Of a stretch of 64,000 nt of DNA, positions 10,929-22,250 are shown piece after piece (position 1 is the first letter of the stretch; each line of letters begins with the position of its first letter). The stretch comes from an uncultured Candidatus Rokubacteria bacterium (GTDB lineage Bacteria; Methylomirabilota; Methylomirabilia; Rokubacteriales; CSP1-6): the NCBI GenBank assembly GCA_963789955.1, contig CAWBMV010000034.1, positions 608,001 to 672,000 on the forward strand, read 5' to 3'. The notes under the pieces were generated by a model. That model saw only the letters and a list, made by a program, of their open reading frames with translations. It ran no database searches and was not told the DNA's origin. Both the position numbers and the translations under genes were made by a program.

Positions 10929-11056
10929 GAGGCTTCCCAGACAGGCCATTTCCGATTTCTCGGGGACTTAGCGGAAATCGGACGCTTCGAGTCGGTGGTC
11001 GGGGACTGGACAGGGTGGCTCAGTCGTTCCAGACCGATGACAAATTACGGCCAGGG

Positions 11057-11893
11057 TCAGGGCAAGGGCCAGCCGAGCCATTCGCACACGCCACGCCCCA
11101 TGACCCACTCGAGGTCTGCGCCCGAGAGCCACGGCAATTCCGTAGTGAACTGGTCGACGCACTCGCGATACGTGCACGTCATCCGGGTGAGATCGGTGCC
11201 CCAGAACGTGCGGGCCGGACCAAACGCGTCGACCAGCTGGCGAATGTGCGGATGGATGTCGCGGAACGGATAGCCGTGCGCCGACAAGGACGGCATGCCC
11301 GACGCCTTCACGGCGACGTTGGGAAGCTTGGCGAGCTCGCAGACCTTTCGCAGATCTGCGAACGGGCTGCGGTCCTTCGCGGTTCGATCGAGCCCGACGT
11401 GATCGATCGTGAGCTTGAGCCCGGGGTGACGCTCGGCGATCCCGCGCAGCGCATCGAGCGAGCCGGGCACCAGCACCATCAGCGGGATCCCGGCGCGCTC
11501 GGCGGCCGGCCACAGCCAGTCCGCCGTGCCGTCGGTCAGCCATGGACGCTGCCGATCGGTGTGGAACGTGAAGCGCATCCCGAGCATGCCCGGCTGCGTT
11601 TTCCAGTCGGGGACGAGGGCGCGGCTCTCCGGCCGCTCGAGCGCCAGTCGTCCCATCACCGCGAAGCGCTTCGGGTGCAGGCGCGCCGCCTCGAGCGCCA
11701 GATCGTTGCGGTCGCCTTCCCACGAGGGCGGAACGATGACGACGCGGCTGACCCCCGCGGCATCCATCTCGGCCAGCAGCATGTCCCGGGTGACCGGGTA
11801 CGGCTTCTGAGCCCGATGCGCTCCGTCCGCCGGCCACGGCCGGTCCGGTGAATCCGCACCCCAGATGTGCACCTGCGAGTCGACGATGTGCAT
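11057..11893 (-). CDS. Amidohydrolase family protein (LigI/Amidohydro_2-like)
   Basis: IVDSQVHIW, IDHVG, VKASG, FWGTD motifs. Confidence 0.88.
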   Translation of the reverse strand: MHIVDSQVHIWGADSPDRPWPADGAHRAQKPYPVTRDMLLAEMDAAGVSRVVIVPPSWEGDRNDLALEAARLHPKRFAVMGRLALERPESRALVPDWKTQPGMLGMRFTFHTDRQRPWLTDGTADWLWPAAERAGIPLMVLVPGSLDALRGIAERHPGLKLTIDHVGLDRTAKDRSPFADLRKVCELAKLPNVAVKASGMPSLSAHGYPFRDIHPHIRQLVDAFGPARTFWGTDLTRMTCTYRECVDQFTTELPWLSGADLEWVMGRGVCEWLGWPLP

Positions 11894-11964
11894 GCTGGTC
11901 CTTTCCGTTCTCGCGATATTATCGTGCCCTCGCTTCTCACGTCACGCGTCTGGGGAGATCGATC

Positions 11965-13600
11965 ATGAGTGAGGCTCGCGGCACCACGGGCTCGACGCGC
12001 AGGGAGTTCTTGCGAACCGGCGGCATGCTGGCGGCCGGGATGAGCGTCGCCCCGCTGCTCTCGGCGTGCGCCACCATCGCGCCCGGTCAGGGCATCAACG
12101 TCGAGGAGATCAGCATCGCCGACCTGCAGGCGGCGATGACCGCGGGCCGGCTCGACTCCGAGACGCTCGTGCAGATGTACCTCACGCGCATCCAGGCGAT
12201 CGATCGCAGCGGTCCCACCTTGCGCTCGGTCCAGGAGATCAATCCCGACGCGGTCGCGATCGCGCGCTCGCTCGACGAGGAGCGGCGGGCCAAGCGGGTG
12301 CGCGGGCCGCTCCACGGCATCCCGATCTTGCTGAAGGACAACATCGCCACCGCGGACAAGATGGAGACGACGGCCGGTGCCCTGGCGCTCGTCGGCGCGC
12401 GCCCGCGCGAGGACTCGACGATCGCGCTGCGGCTCCGGCAGGCGGGCGCCATCATCCTCGGCAAAGCCTCGATGAGCGAGTGGGCGTACTTCAAGTCGAC
12501 CCCCGGGTCGAGCGGCTGGAGCGCGCGCAGCGGCCAGGCGCGCAACCCGTACGTCCTCAATCGCACACCGTGCGGGTCGAGCTCCGGCTCGGCGATCGCG
12601 GTGGCGGCGAACCTCGTGACGGTGTCGATCGGCACCGAGACCGACGGCTCGATCGTCTGTCCCGGTGGTGTCAACGGCGTCGTGGGCATCAAGCCCACCG
12701 TGGGGCTGACCAGCCGCACGGGCGTGATCCCGATCTCCGTGACGCAGGACACGATCGGCCCGTTCGGGCGCACGGTCGCCGACGCGGCCACCGTCCTGGG
12801 CGCGCTCGTCGGCGTCGACTCGCGCGACCCGGCGACCCAGGCGAGCGCCGGCCGCTCGCAGACCGACTACGTCAAGTACCTCGAGCTCAACGGGCTCCGC
12901 GGCGCCCGCATCGGCGTGCCCCGCGACGGCTACTTCGGCTACAGCCCGAAGGCGGACGCGGTCGTCAACCAGGCCATCGACGCCCTGCGCACCGGCGGCG
13001 CGGTGATCGTCGATCCGGTCAAGATCCCCAACTTCGATCGAACCGCGCTCAACGCCGCCGAGATCATCGTGCTGCTCTACGAGTTCAAGGCCGGCGTGAA
13101 CGCCTATCTGGCCAGCGTGGCCCCCGGGCGCCCAGGTGCGGACGCTCGACGACGTCATCGAGTTCAACAAGCGCAACGCGCGCGAGAACCTGCCCTACTT
13201 CGGGCAGGAGCTGCTCGAGCGCGCGCAGGCGAAGGGCGACCTGACGGAGGCCGAATACCTGGAGGCGCTCGAGAAGTGCCGTCGGCTCGCGGGCAAGGAA
13301 GGCTTCGACGCGATCATGGACGAGCAACAGCTCGACGCGCTGGTCGCGCCGACGACGACGCCGGCGTGGCCGGTCGATCTCGTCAACGGCGATCAGTTCC
13401 GCGGCAGCAGCGCCAAGAGCGCCGCGCTGGCCGGCTATCCGCTCGTGACCGTCCCGGCGGGCGCCACGATGGGGCTGCCGGTCGGGATCACGTTCATGGG
13501 GCGCGCCTGGAGCGAGCCGACCTTGATCAAGCTCGCGTACGCCTTCGAGCAAGCGACGAAGGCGCGGCGTCCACCGCAGTATCTCGACGCGACACCGTAA
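11965..13600 (+). CDS. Amidase-signature family enzyme, predicted Tat lipoprotein (frameshift near 13125)
   Basis: TRREFL twin-Arg, LSAC lipobox, LLKDNI, PCGSSSGS, GTETDGSI. Confidence 0.9.
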
Positions 13601-13612
13601 AGGATCAGACTC

Positions 13613-14599
13613 ATGCGTGCCGTGATCTGTCGTGCGTGGGGAGAAGTCGACGGCCTTCGAGTCGAAGAGGTCGCCGTGCCGACTCCAGGGCCGGACGACG
13701 TCTTGATCTCCGTGAAGGCGACCGCCGTGAACTACGCGGACGCTCTGATGACCGCCGGTCGCTATCAGACGAAGCCGGATCTTCCGTTCAGCCCGGGACT
13801 CGAGACCGCCGGCATCGTGGCCGCGTGCGGCGCGCGGGTGACGAAGCTCAAGCCCGGCGATCGCGTGATGGCGATCCTCGCCTACGGCGGGCTCGCCGAG
13901 ATGGCGGTGGCGCCGGCGTCAGAGACGTTCGCGATCCCGTCGCGGATGAGCTTCGAGGAGGCCGGCGCCTTTCCGGTCGCCTACATCTCGAGCCACGTGG
14001 CGATTCGCTGGCAGGGCCGGCTCGAGCCCGGCGAGACCGTGCTCGTGCTCGGCGCGGCCGGCGGCGTCGGCCTCACCGCGGTCGAGATCGGCAAGGCGAT
14101 GGGAGCGCGGGTGATCGCGGCGGCGAGCACGGCCGAGAAGCTCGCGGTGGCGCGCGAGCGCGGCGCCGACGACCTCGTCAACTACTCGACCGAGAAGCTC
14201 ACCGAGCGGGTGATGGCACTGACCGACGGCAAGGGCGCCGACGTGTGCTTCGACCCGGTCGGCGGCGATCTCTTCGACGCGGCGCTCTCGGCGCTCGGGT
14301 GGGGCGGCCGCATCCTGGTCGTCGGGTTCGTGGGCGGCGTTCAGCAGATTCCCGCGAATCGGCTCCTGGTCAAGAACCGGTCGGCGATGGGAACCTCACT
14401 GCGCTACTTCCGATGGCACGCGCCGGAGAAGCTCCGCGCGTCGGTCGACGAGCTCTTGCGCTGGTACGAGGAAGGCAAGCTGAAGCCCTGCATCTCGCAC
14501 CGCCTGCCGCTGGAGAAGAGCGTCGAGGCCATCCGGCTCCTGACCGACCGCCGCGCGTACGGCAAGGTCGTCGTCGTGCCGGGCTTGAAGGGCGACTGA
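13613..14599 (+). CDS. NADPH:quinone oxidoreductase family (MDR)
   Basis: PFSPGLE, VLVLGAAGGVG, FDPVGG. Confidence 0.9.
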   Translation: MRAVICRAWGEVDGLRVEEVAVPTPGPDDVLISVKATAVNYADALMTAGRYQTKPDLPFSPGLETAGIVAACGARVTKLKPGDRVMAILAYGGLAEMAVAPASETFAIPSRMSFEEAGAFPVAYISSHVAIRWQGRLEPGETVLVLGAAGGVGLTAVEIGKAMGARVIAAASTAEKLAVARERGADDLVNYSTEKLTERVMALTDGKGADVCFDPVGGDLFDAALSALGWGGRILVVGFVGGVQQIPANRLLVKNRSAMGTSLRYFRWHAPEKLRASVDELLRWYEEGKLKPCISHRLPLEKSVEAIRLLTDRRAYGKVVVVPGLKGD

Positions 14600-14601
14600 G
14601 C

Positions 14602-15366
14602 GTGGAGATCCAGGTTCGCGAGCACGGCCGGCACGTCGTGGTGCTCACGATCGACAATCAGCCCAAGCTCAACGCGATGTCGCGCCAGATGATGGCGGAT
14701 CTCGCCCGGCTGTGGGACGAGCTCGATCGCGGCCGCTGCCGGTGCGTCGTCCTCACCGGCGCCGGCACGCGCGCGTTCTGCGCCGGCGCGGACCTGAGCG
14801 GCGATCTCTCCGCGGCGCCGGAGACCGCCCGCGTCGTCAGTCACGCGCTCCTGAAGCATCACGTCTTCTCGAAGCCGATCGTCGCGGCCGTCAACGGCGA
14901 CTGCGTCGGCGGCGGCGTCGAGCTGCTGCTGTCCACCGACGTGCGCGCCGCGACGCCTCACGCCCGATTCGGGCTCCCGGAGGTGCGCTGGTCGATCTAT
15001 CCGTTCGGCGGCGCGACGGTGAAGCTCACCGAGCAGATCGGGTACGTGCACGCGATGGATCTCCTGCTGACCGGCCGGCTCATCGATGCGGCCGAGGCCG
15101 CGCGCCTCGGGCTGGTCAACCGCGTGGTGCCGGCCGAGGGGCTCATGGCGTGGGCGCTCGACACCGCCGAGACGATCGCCGCCAACAGCCCGTCGGCGGT
15201 GCAGGCGGTGAAGCGGCAGATCAGCTCGACGATCGCCGATCACGCGCTCTCGCGCGAGGCGCTCGAGCAGGAGCTCGGCGATCGCGTGCGGGCCAGCGCC
15301 GATTTTCGGGAAGGCGTCGCGGCGTTTCGCGAGAAACGGAAGCCGCGTTACGACGAGCCGGCCTAG
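14602..15366 (+). CDS. Enoyl-CoA hydratase/isomerase
   Basis: AFCAGADL, KPIVAAVNG, GGGVEL, FGLPEV, FREKRKP. Confidence 0.9.
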   Translation: MEIQVREHGRHVVVLTIDNQPKLNAMSRQMMADLARLWDELDRGRCRCVVLTGAGTRAFCAGADLSGDLSAAPETARVVSHALLKHHVFSKPIVAAVNGDCVGGGVELLLSTDVRAATPHARFGLPEVRWSIYPFGGATVKLTEQIGYVHAMDLLLTGRLIDAAEAARLGLVNRVVPAEGLMAWALDTAETIAANSPSAVQAVKRQISSTIADHALSREALEQELGDRVRASADFREGVAAFREKRKPRYDEPA

Positions 15367-15386
15367 GTCGCGCGGCGCGCCGTCGT

Positions 15387-16600
15387 TCAGGCGCCGCGGG
15401 CCGGACGCGAGCGTAAGCCGCGCCCGGCGAAGAGGAGCAGCGCCGCGGCGACCCATGCGAGCGCGCCGTCGAACACGAACGCGCCGGGAATGCTGACCGC
15501 GGCGATCGCGCCGCTCGCGAGCGGACTGGCCGCGGTGCCGATCTGAAGACCGAGACCCAGCCAGCCGAATGCGGCGCCGCGATGCTCCGCGGGCACGATG
15601 GCGGCCCCCAGCGAATAGGTCAAGGTGATCGCGGCGCCGAGACAGAGGCCGGTGAACAGGCGCAGCACGAGCAACAGGACCCAGCCGCGGGGCAGCGCCA
15701 TGGCCGCGCAGAGCGGACCGCCGAGGAGCAGCCCGATCAGCAAGATGCGCGCGGCGGGCACCTCGCGCGCGAGCCGCGCGGCGACGTTGGCCGAGGTCGT
15801 CGCCGCGATCGCGCCGATCGAGACGATCGCGCCGGAGGTGGCCGCGATCTTCTCGATGCCGGGCAGGTGCGCGACTTGTAGCGGAATCAAGAGCGCGAGC
15901 CCGCGGTCGATGAACTGCGCGACGAAGAGCAGCGCCATCACCACGGCGAAGTTGCGGGTACTTGAACACGTCGCTGAGCGGCATCCGCGAGGCCGGCTGG
16001 CGCGGGGCTCCCGCGGCCGGCGACACCTCCTGGAACAGCACGATGAGCCCGACGAGCGCCAGCGCGCAGAGTCCCGCCGTCGCGAAGAACGCGTAGCGGA
16101 TCCCGAAGTGCGAGGCCACGTAGCCGCCGATCGCGGGACCGACCGCGACGCTCAGGAGCTGCGCCGACTGCACCATGCCGATCGCCGCGGGCACCTTGTC
16201 CTTGGGCGCCGAGGTCGTCGCCAGCGCCATCACCATCGGCGTGAACCCGGCGAAGAGGCCCATGACCACCCGCGCGAGGAAGAGCTGCTCGACCGAGGTG
16301 ACCAGACCCATCGCCGCCACGATGACGACGAAGCCGACCAGCGAGCGGATCAGCATGATCTTGCGGCCGAAGCGGTCGGCGAGGCGGCCGAAGACCGGCG
16401 ACAGGAGCCCCGACATTGCGGGGGTGACGGCGGCCTGGAGCGCCCGCCCACAGCGCGATCTTCGCCGGATCCGTCACGCCGAGCTCGCGGATGTAGAGCG
16501 GCAGGAACGGCGAGAAGAACTGGAAGCCGACGAACGAGATGAAGACGGTGAGGGTCAGGGCCCAGACGTTACGCCGCCAGTCGTTGGGCAGGATGCGCAT
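15387..16600 (-). CDS. MFS transporter (MdtG-like; frameshifted)
   Basis: PFLPLYIRELG, GRLADRFGRK motif A, many TM segments. Confidence 0.85.
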
Positions 16601-18207
16601 CAGGCGCTCGCGGCGGCTCGCGCGCGCGCGAGCAGCTCGGCGAGCCGGAACTTCTGCACCTTGCCGGTGGCCGTGACCGGCAGCTCGTCGCGCCGCATCA
16701 GCCGGAATTCCTGCGGCACCTTGAACGCGGCGAGCGCCGTCTTGCAGAAGGCGCGCAGCGCGTCGGGCTCGGCGTCGTGGCCGTCGCGGAGCACGACGAC
16801 CGCGGCGAGGATCTCTTCCTTGCGCGCGATCCGGGAGGCCGACGACGTACGCCTGCTCGACCGCCGGATGGCCGAGCAGGACCTCCTCGACCTCGAGCGG
16901 GGCGACGTTGATCCCGCCGGTCTTCACCATCTCCTTGATCCGGCCGCGGAACCGGAGCCGGCCGTCGTCGCCGAGCGCGCCGAGATCACCCGTGACCAGA
17001 AAGCCGTCGGTGTCGAACGCCGCGGCGTTCTTCTCCGGATCCTTGTAGTAGCCGGGCGTCACATAGCCGCGGACGAGAATCTCGCCGACCTCGCCCGTCG
17101 GCAGCGGCCTTCGCGTCTCGCGGTCGACGATGCGAATCTCCATGCCCGGCAGCGGGCGCCCGACGGTCGTCCTCCGGATGTCGGCCGGGTCGTGCGCGTC
17201 GGTGACGCTGCAGTTGCCGTAGGTCTCGGTGAGGCCGTAGACGTTGCAGATCTCGCGCACGCCGAGATCCATCACCATCTGCATCGCCGGCGGCGGGCCG
17301 ATCGCGGCGCCGGTGCGGAGTGAGGAGAGATCGCGCCGCGCCCGGTCGGGATGCTCGGCGAGGGCGAGCGCGATGTTGGGGGTGCCGTAGTAGACGGTGC
17401 AGCGCTCGCGCTCGATCAGGGCCAGCGCGGCGCCCGGCTCGAGCGCGTCTTGCAAGACGATCGTGCCCCCGTGCGTCATCACCGCCAGGAGCGCGTTGGC
17501 GCAGCCGAAGCTCCAGAAGAGCGAGATCCCCATCCACATGCGGTCCGCCGGTGTCAGGTGCTGGCGCTCGCCGATGTTCCACATGTTCTCGACGAGGCCG
17601 CCGTGCTGGAGCTGAACGCCCTTCGGAGTCGAGGTGGTCCCGGACGTGTAGAGGATGTAGGCGACGTCGTCCGGCGCCGACGGCGCGCTGCGCGGCGTCG
17701 AGCTCGGCGTCGCCGACCGCCGCCCCGAGCTCCCAGAGCGTGTCGAAGGGCGTCAGCGGGCCGTGCCGCTCGCCGTCGACGACGACCACGCGCGCGAGCT
17801 TCGGCAGTCGCGCGGCAGCCCGGGCCGCCCAGCTCGGCCAGCATGCCCAGATAGTCCTGTCCGGCGAAGCGCGCGATCGTGATCACGGTGGTGGCATCGC
17901 AGTGGCCGAGCACGTAGCCGAGCTCGCGGGCGCGCGACCACGTACTGATCGGCACCAGGGTGGCGCCGAGCATCGCGACGGCGAAGTCGATCACGAGCCA
18001 CTCCGGCCGGTTGCCCATCAGGAGAGCAACCTTGTCGCCGCGCCGGACGCCGAGCCGCAGAAGCCCCTTGGCCAGCCGCCGGGCGCGGTCGCGCGTCGCG
18101 GCGTAGCTCAGGCGCTCGCCGCCGCCGACGATGAGCTCGTGACCGGGGTTGCGGGCCGTGATCTCGTCGAGCAGGTCGGGCAGGGTGCGGCTCCGCGGGA
18201 GGGCCAC
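16600..18207 (-). CDS. AMP-binding acyl-CoA ligase (frameshifted)
   Basis: YILYTSGTTSTPKG, YGLTE, TGDLG, GRIKEMVKTGG, TATGKVQK. Confidence 0.9.
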
Positions 18208-18253
18208 GACCCATCATAAGCCGAGCGGCCGTTCATCCGGTATAGTGGCGCGG

Positions 18254-19131
18254 TTGACTCCTCACGCGCTCGCGCTGTCCAGCGCCCTATGCTCGGCCGT
18301 CGCGACGATGCTGATCCAGCGAGGCCTGCGGCGCTCGAACTTCTACGCGGGCTTCTGGCTCAACGTCGCCGTCGGCGCGGTGGGACTGTGGTCGGCCGTT
18401 CTCCTGCTCGTCCCGCGCGAGGACTACAACTGGCACGCCGCGCCGTACTTCATCGCGTCGGGCGTCGTCGGCACCGCGGCCGGCCGGCTCTTCCGAGTCG
18501 CCGCGATCGAGAAGGTCGGCGCCTCGGTCTCCGCGGCGATCCTCAACCTGGCGCCGCTGATCTCCACCGTGCTCGCGATCCTCTTGCTCGGCGAGCGGAT
18601 CACCGCGGCGATTCTCACCGGCACGCTGGTCGTCGTTCTCGGGACCATCCTGCTCTCGATGAGCGGACGGCACGTCGGCTTTCGGCCGCGCGACCTCGTC
18701 TACCCGTTCGTCTCGGCCATGTGCTTCGGGGTGGTGGCCATCTTGAGAAAGCTCGGCCTCGGCCTGGCCGGGCCGCTCTTCGACTCGGCCATCAACATCA
18801 CCGCCGCGCTGATTGCCTCGACCGCCTTCGTGCTCGCGTCGGGCAACCTCGGCGCGATCCGGTACGACAAGCGGAGCTTTCTCTACTTCGCCGGCGGCGG
18901 CGCCTTCGAGAACACCGGGGTCTTTCTGCTGATCTTCGCGCTCGGGCTCGGTGAGGTGAGCGTGGTCGTGCCCTTGGCGGGAACGTCGCCGCTGTTCGTG
19001 CTCCTCCTGGCCTATTGGTTTCCCAGCGGGATCGATCGCCTGAACTGGCGCCTGATCACCGGCGCCGTGCTCATCGTGCTCGGCGTGTTCCTGCTCACCG
19101 GCTGGGGCATGGCATCAGCCGCCTGGCTTGA
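18254..19131 (+). CDS. DMT/EamA family transporter (3' end uncertain)
   Basis: About 10 TM segments, LLLGERIT motif; TATAGT -10 directly upstream. Confidence 0.82.
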
Positions 19132-19157
19132 CGCGTGGTCGAGCGCGGCGCTACGCT
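19128..19157 (+). promoter_or_regulatory. sigma70-type promoter, leaderless start of sulfurtransferase
   Basis: TTGACG-N18-TACGCT, then 7 nt to ATG 19165. Confidence 0.5.
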
Positions 19158-19164
19158 GCGCGGC

Positions 19165-20035
19165 ATGTCATGGGCCCATCCCGAATACCTCGTCGAGACG
19201 GACTGGCTGGCGGCGAATCTCGAGGACCCGGCGCTTCGCGTGCTCGAGTGCACGACGATCCTGCACCCGCGGCCCGACGGCGGCTACAAGGCCGAGTCGG
19301 GACGAGCGACGTGGGCCGCCGGCCACATTCCGCGTAGCGGCTTCGCCGACCTCACCGACGATCTCTGCGATCGCACGGCGTCGTGGCTCTACATGATGCC
19401 CGGCGCCCGAGGCGATGGCGGCCGCGATGGCTCGCCTCGGCGTCGGCGAGGGGACTCGCGTCGTGCTGTACGACCGCGCGGTGAACATGTGGGCCGCGCG
19501 CGTCTGGTGGATGCTGCGCGCCGTCGGCTTCGACCGTGCCGCGGTGCTGAACGGCGGCTGGAAGAAGTGGACGCTCGAAGGGCGCCCGACCTCCACCGAT
19601 CCGTGCGTCTATCCTCCCGCGCGCTTCGTCACGCGGCCGCGCCCCGAGATCTTCGTCGGCAAGGACGCGGTGCTCGCCGGCCTGGGGCAGCGCGCCACGT
19701 GCGTCATCAACGCGCTGTCCGAAGAGCAGCATCGCGGCACCGGCGGCGTCGCGTACGGGCGGCCGGGGCGCATCGCCGGCAGCGGCAACGTGCCGGCGCG
19801 CTCGCTCGTCGATCCGGCGACGCACGCGTACCTCGCGCCCGACGCGCTGCGGAGGCAATTCGCGGCGTCCGGCGCGCTCGCCGCCGGGCGAGTGATCACC
19901 TACTGCGGCGGCGGCATCGCGGCCAGCAGTGACGCCTTCGTGCTCACCTTGCTGGGCCACGATCAGGTGTCCGTCTACGACGCGTCGCTGTCCGAGTGGG
20001 CGTCCGATCCGTCCCTGCCGATGGAGAAGGGCTAA
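19165..20035 (+). CDS. Two-domain rhodanese sulfurtransferase (frameshift near 19405)
   Basis: LVETDWL, GHIP, AARVWW, LNGGW, YCGGGIAA, YDASLSEW. Confidence 0.9.
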
Positions 20036-20046
20036 AAGGAGCCACC

Positions 20047-20721
20047 ATGGCCACGAAGAAGAAGGGCACCGGGCTGATGATGGTCTGGACTGACGTGCCG
20101 GCGGACAAGGAGAAGGAGTTCAACCGCTGGTACAACGATGAGCATCTCGCCGAGCGGCTCGAGCTGCCGGGGTTCTTGAACGGCGCGCGGTACGAAGCCG
20201 TCAAGGGCGGGCCGAAGCATCTCGCGGTCTACGAGCTCGAGAGCGTCGCCGCGCTCGAGACTCCCGAATACAAGAAAGTCCGCGCGAACCCCACGGCGTG
20301 GACCAAGAAGTGCTCGCCCGATGTCATCGGCACGAACTTCATCCGCAACGTGTACACCTCGATCCATCCCAAGAGCATGACGCCGCCGGTGGCCGAGAGT
20401 CCGATGGCTCCAGCGCTCCAGCTCGGGCGAATGGACGTGCCGCCGGAGATCGATGCCGACTTCAACAACTGGTACAACACGATCTACATCCCGAACTACG
20501 AGAAGGTCCCCGGCGTGATCCGCGGCCGGCGCTTCCGCGCGGTGACGGGCACCCCGACCTACCTCACGTTCTACGAGTTCCAGAACCCGAAGGTCTCGGA
20601 GACACCCGCCTGGCTCGCCCAGCGGGACATCGCGCCCGAGACCCAGCGCATTCGGCCGCACATGAAGCACGCGGCGGGCTCGCCGGGGGTCTACGTGAAG
20701 ACGTTCGAGCTCGGGGGATAG
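20047..20721 (+). CDS. Tandem DUF4286/EthD-like (dimeric alpha-beta barrel) protein
   Basis: Two repeats EFNRWYNDEHL..LPGF..ARY / DFNNWYNTIYI..VPGV..RRF; AGGAG SD. Confidence 0.75.
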   Translation: MATKKKGTGLMMVWTDVPADKEKEFNRWYNDEHLAERLELPGFLNGARYEAVKGGPKHLAVYELESVAALETPEYKKVRANPTAWTKKCSPDVIGTNFIRNVYTSIHPKSMTPPVAESPMAPALQLGRMDVPPEIDADFNNWYNTIYIPNYEKVPGVIRGRRFRAVTGTPTYLTFYEFQNPKVSETPAWLAQRDIAPETQRIRPHMKHAAGSPGVYVKTFELGG

Positions 20722-20750
20722 AACCGAGCGGCACCGCCGGGAGGACGGAT

Positions 20751-21500
20751 ATGCGACTCAAGGACAAGGTCGTCATCGTCACGGGCGGAGCCAAGGGCAT
20801 CGGGCGCGCGTACTGCCTCGGGATGGCGGCCGAGGGCGCGCGCGTCGTCGTGGCCGACGTCGCGGATCCGAAATCGACCGTCCAGGAGGTCGAGGCGCGC
20901 GGGGCGCAGGCGCTGGGCGTCGAGTGCGACGTCTCGCGCGAAGAGGACACCTTGCGGCTCGCCACCGAGACCCTGGCGCGGTTCGGCCGCGTCGACATCC
21001 TCGTGAACAACGCCGCCCTGTACGGCCCACTCAAGCGACGGCCGTTCATGGAGATCCCCGTCGAGGAGTGGGACCGCGTCATGGCGATCAACCTGCGCGG
21101 TCTCTTTCTGTGCTCGCGCGCGGTGTTTCCGGCGATGAAGGCGCAGGGCGCGGGCGCGATCATCAACATCGCCTCCGGCACGTTCTTCAAAGGCGTTCCG
21201 CACTACATCCACTACACGACGTCGAAGGGCGGCGTCGTCGGGTTCACGCGCTCGCTCGCCCGCGAGCTCGGCGAATTCGGGATCCGCGTGAACGCCATCG
21301 CGCCGGGCTTCACCTTGAGCGGCGAGAACGAGAAGAACATGCCGGACGCGGGCAAGGCCGCGAACGTCGGGATGCGGATGCTGAAGCGCGCCGAGGTTCC
21401 CGAAGACCTCGTCGGTACCGTGATCTTCCTGGCCTCGGACGATAGCCGCTTTATCACCGGCCAGACGATCGTCGTCGACGGCGGCGGCAGCGTGCACTAG
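20751..21500 (+). CDS. Short-chain dehydrogenase/reductase
   Basis: TGGAKGIG, NNAA, YTTSK, NAIAPG. Confidence 0.92.
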   Translation: MRLKDKVVIVTGGAKGIGRAYCLGMAAEGARVVVADVADPKSTVQEVEARGAQALGVECDVSREEDTLRLATETLARFGRVDILVNNAALYGPLKRRPFMEIPVEEWDRVMAINLRGLFLCSRAVFPAMKAQGAGAIINIASGTFFKGVPHYIHYTTSKGGVVGFTRSLARELGEFGIRVNAIAPGFTLSGENEKNMPDAGKAANVGMRMLKRAEVPEDLVGTVIFLASDDSRFITGQTIVVDGGGSVH

Positions 21501-21527
21501 TTGGGCATCGGAGAGATGGAGAGGACG

Positions 21528-22223
21528 ATGGCGAGCGTGAGGAACATCGTGCTAGTTCATGGTGGCTTCGTGGATGGGGCTGGATGGGAAGGCGTTTACC
21601 GAATCCTCAGGAAGAGCGGTTACTCCGTCAGCGTCGTTCAGAACCCGACGATCACGTTGCGCGACGATGCGGCGGCAACACGGCGCATTCTGGCGGCGCA
21701 GGACGGCCCGACGATTCTCGTCGGTCACTCCTATGGTGGGGCCGTGATCACCGAAGCCGGCACGCATCCCCGAGCCCAGGCGCTGGTGTACGTCACGGCC
21801 TTTGCTCCCGACAGGGGCGAGTCCGTCGCTACGCTCATCAAGGATCCGCCGCCCGGCGCGCCCGTGCCGCCGATCTTGCCGCCGCAGGACGGGTATCTGG
21901 CCCTCGACAAGACGAAGTTCCACGCCTCGTTCGCGGCCGACGTGGACCCGGAAAGGGCCGCGTTCATGGCCGACTCCCAGGTGCCGTGGGGTCTCGAGGC
22001 TCTGAGCGGTACGGTCACCGAGCCGGCGTGGCGGGCCAAGCCGAGCTGGTACCTCGTGGTCACCGAAGACCAGATGATCCCGGCGGCTGCCCAGCGCGCG
22101 ATGGCCAAGCGAGCAGGGTCCACGATCGTCGAGGTCAAGGGCAGCCACGCTATCTACGTCTCGCAGCCCGCAGCGGTCGCTGCGCTGATCGAACAGGCTG
22201 CGAATGGAGTGAAGACCGCCTAG
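21528..22223 (+). CDS. Alpha/beta fold hydrolase
   Basis: LVHGG, GHSYGG nucleophile elbow, GSH catalytic His. Confidence 0.88.
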   Translation: MASVRNIVLVHGGFVDGAGWEGVYRILRKSGYSVSVVQNPTITLRDDAAATRRILAAQDGPTILVGHSYGGAVITEAGTHPRAQALVYVTAFAPDRGESVATLIKDPPPGAPVPPILPPQDGYLALDKTKFHASFAADVDPERAAFMADSQVPWGLEALSGTVTEPAWRAKPSWYLVVTEDQMIPAAAQRAMAKRAGSTIVEVKGSHAIYVSQPAAVAALIEQAANGVKTA

Positions 22224-22250
22224 TAAGCCTCCGGCGGCGGCCCCTGCGAA

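Noticed and set aside
11848..15366. 1172-aa amidase-crotonase fusion
   Set aside because: Artefact of the amidase frameshift; the middle part is an off-frame read of the quinone reductase
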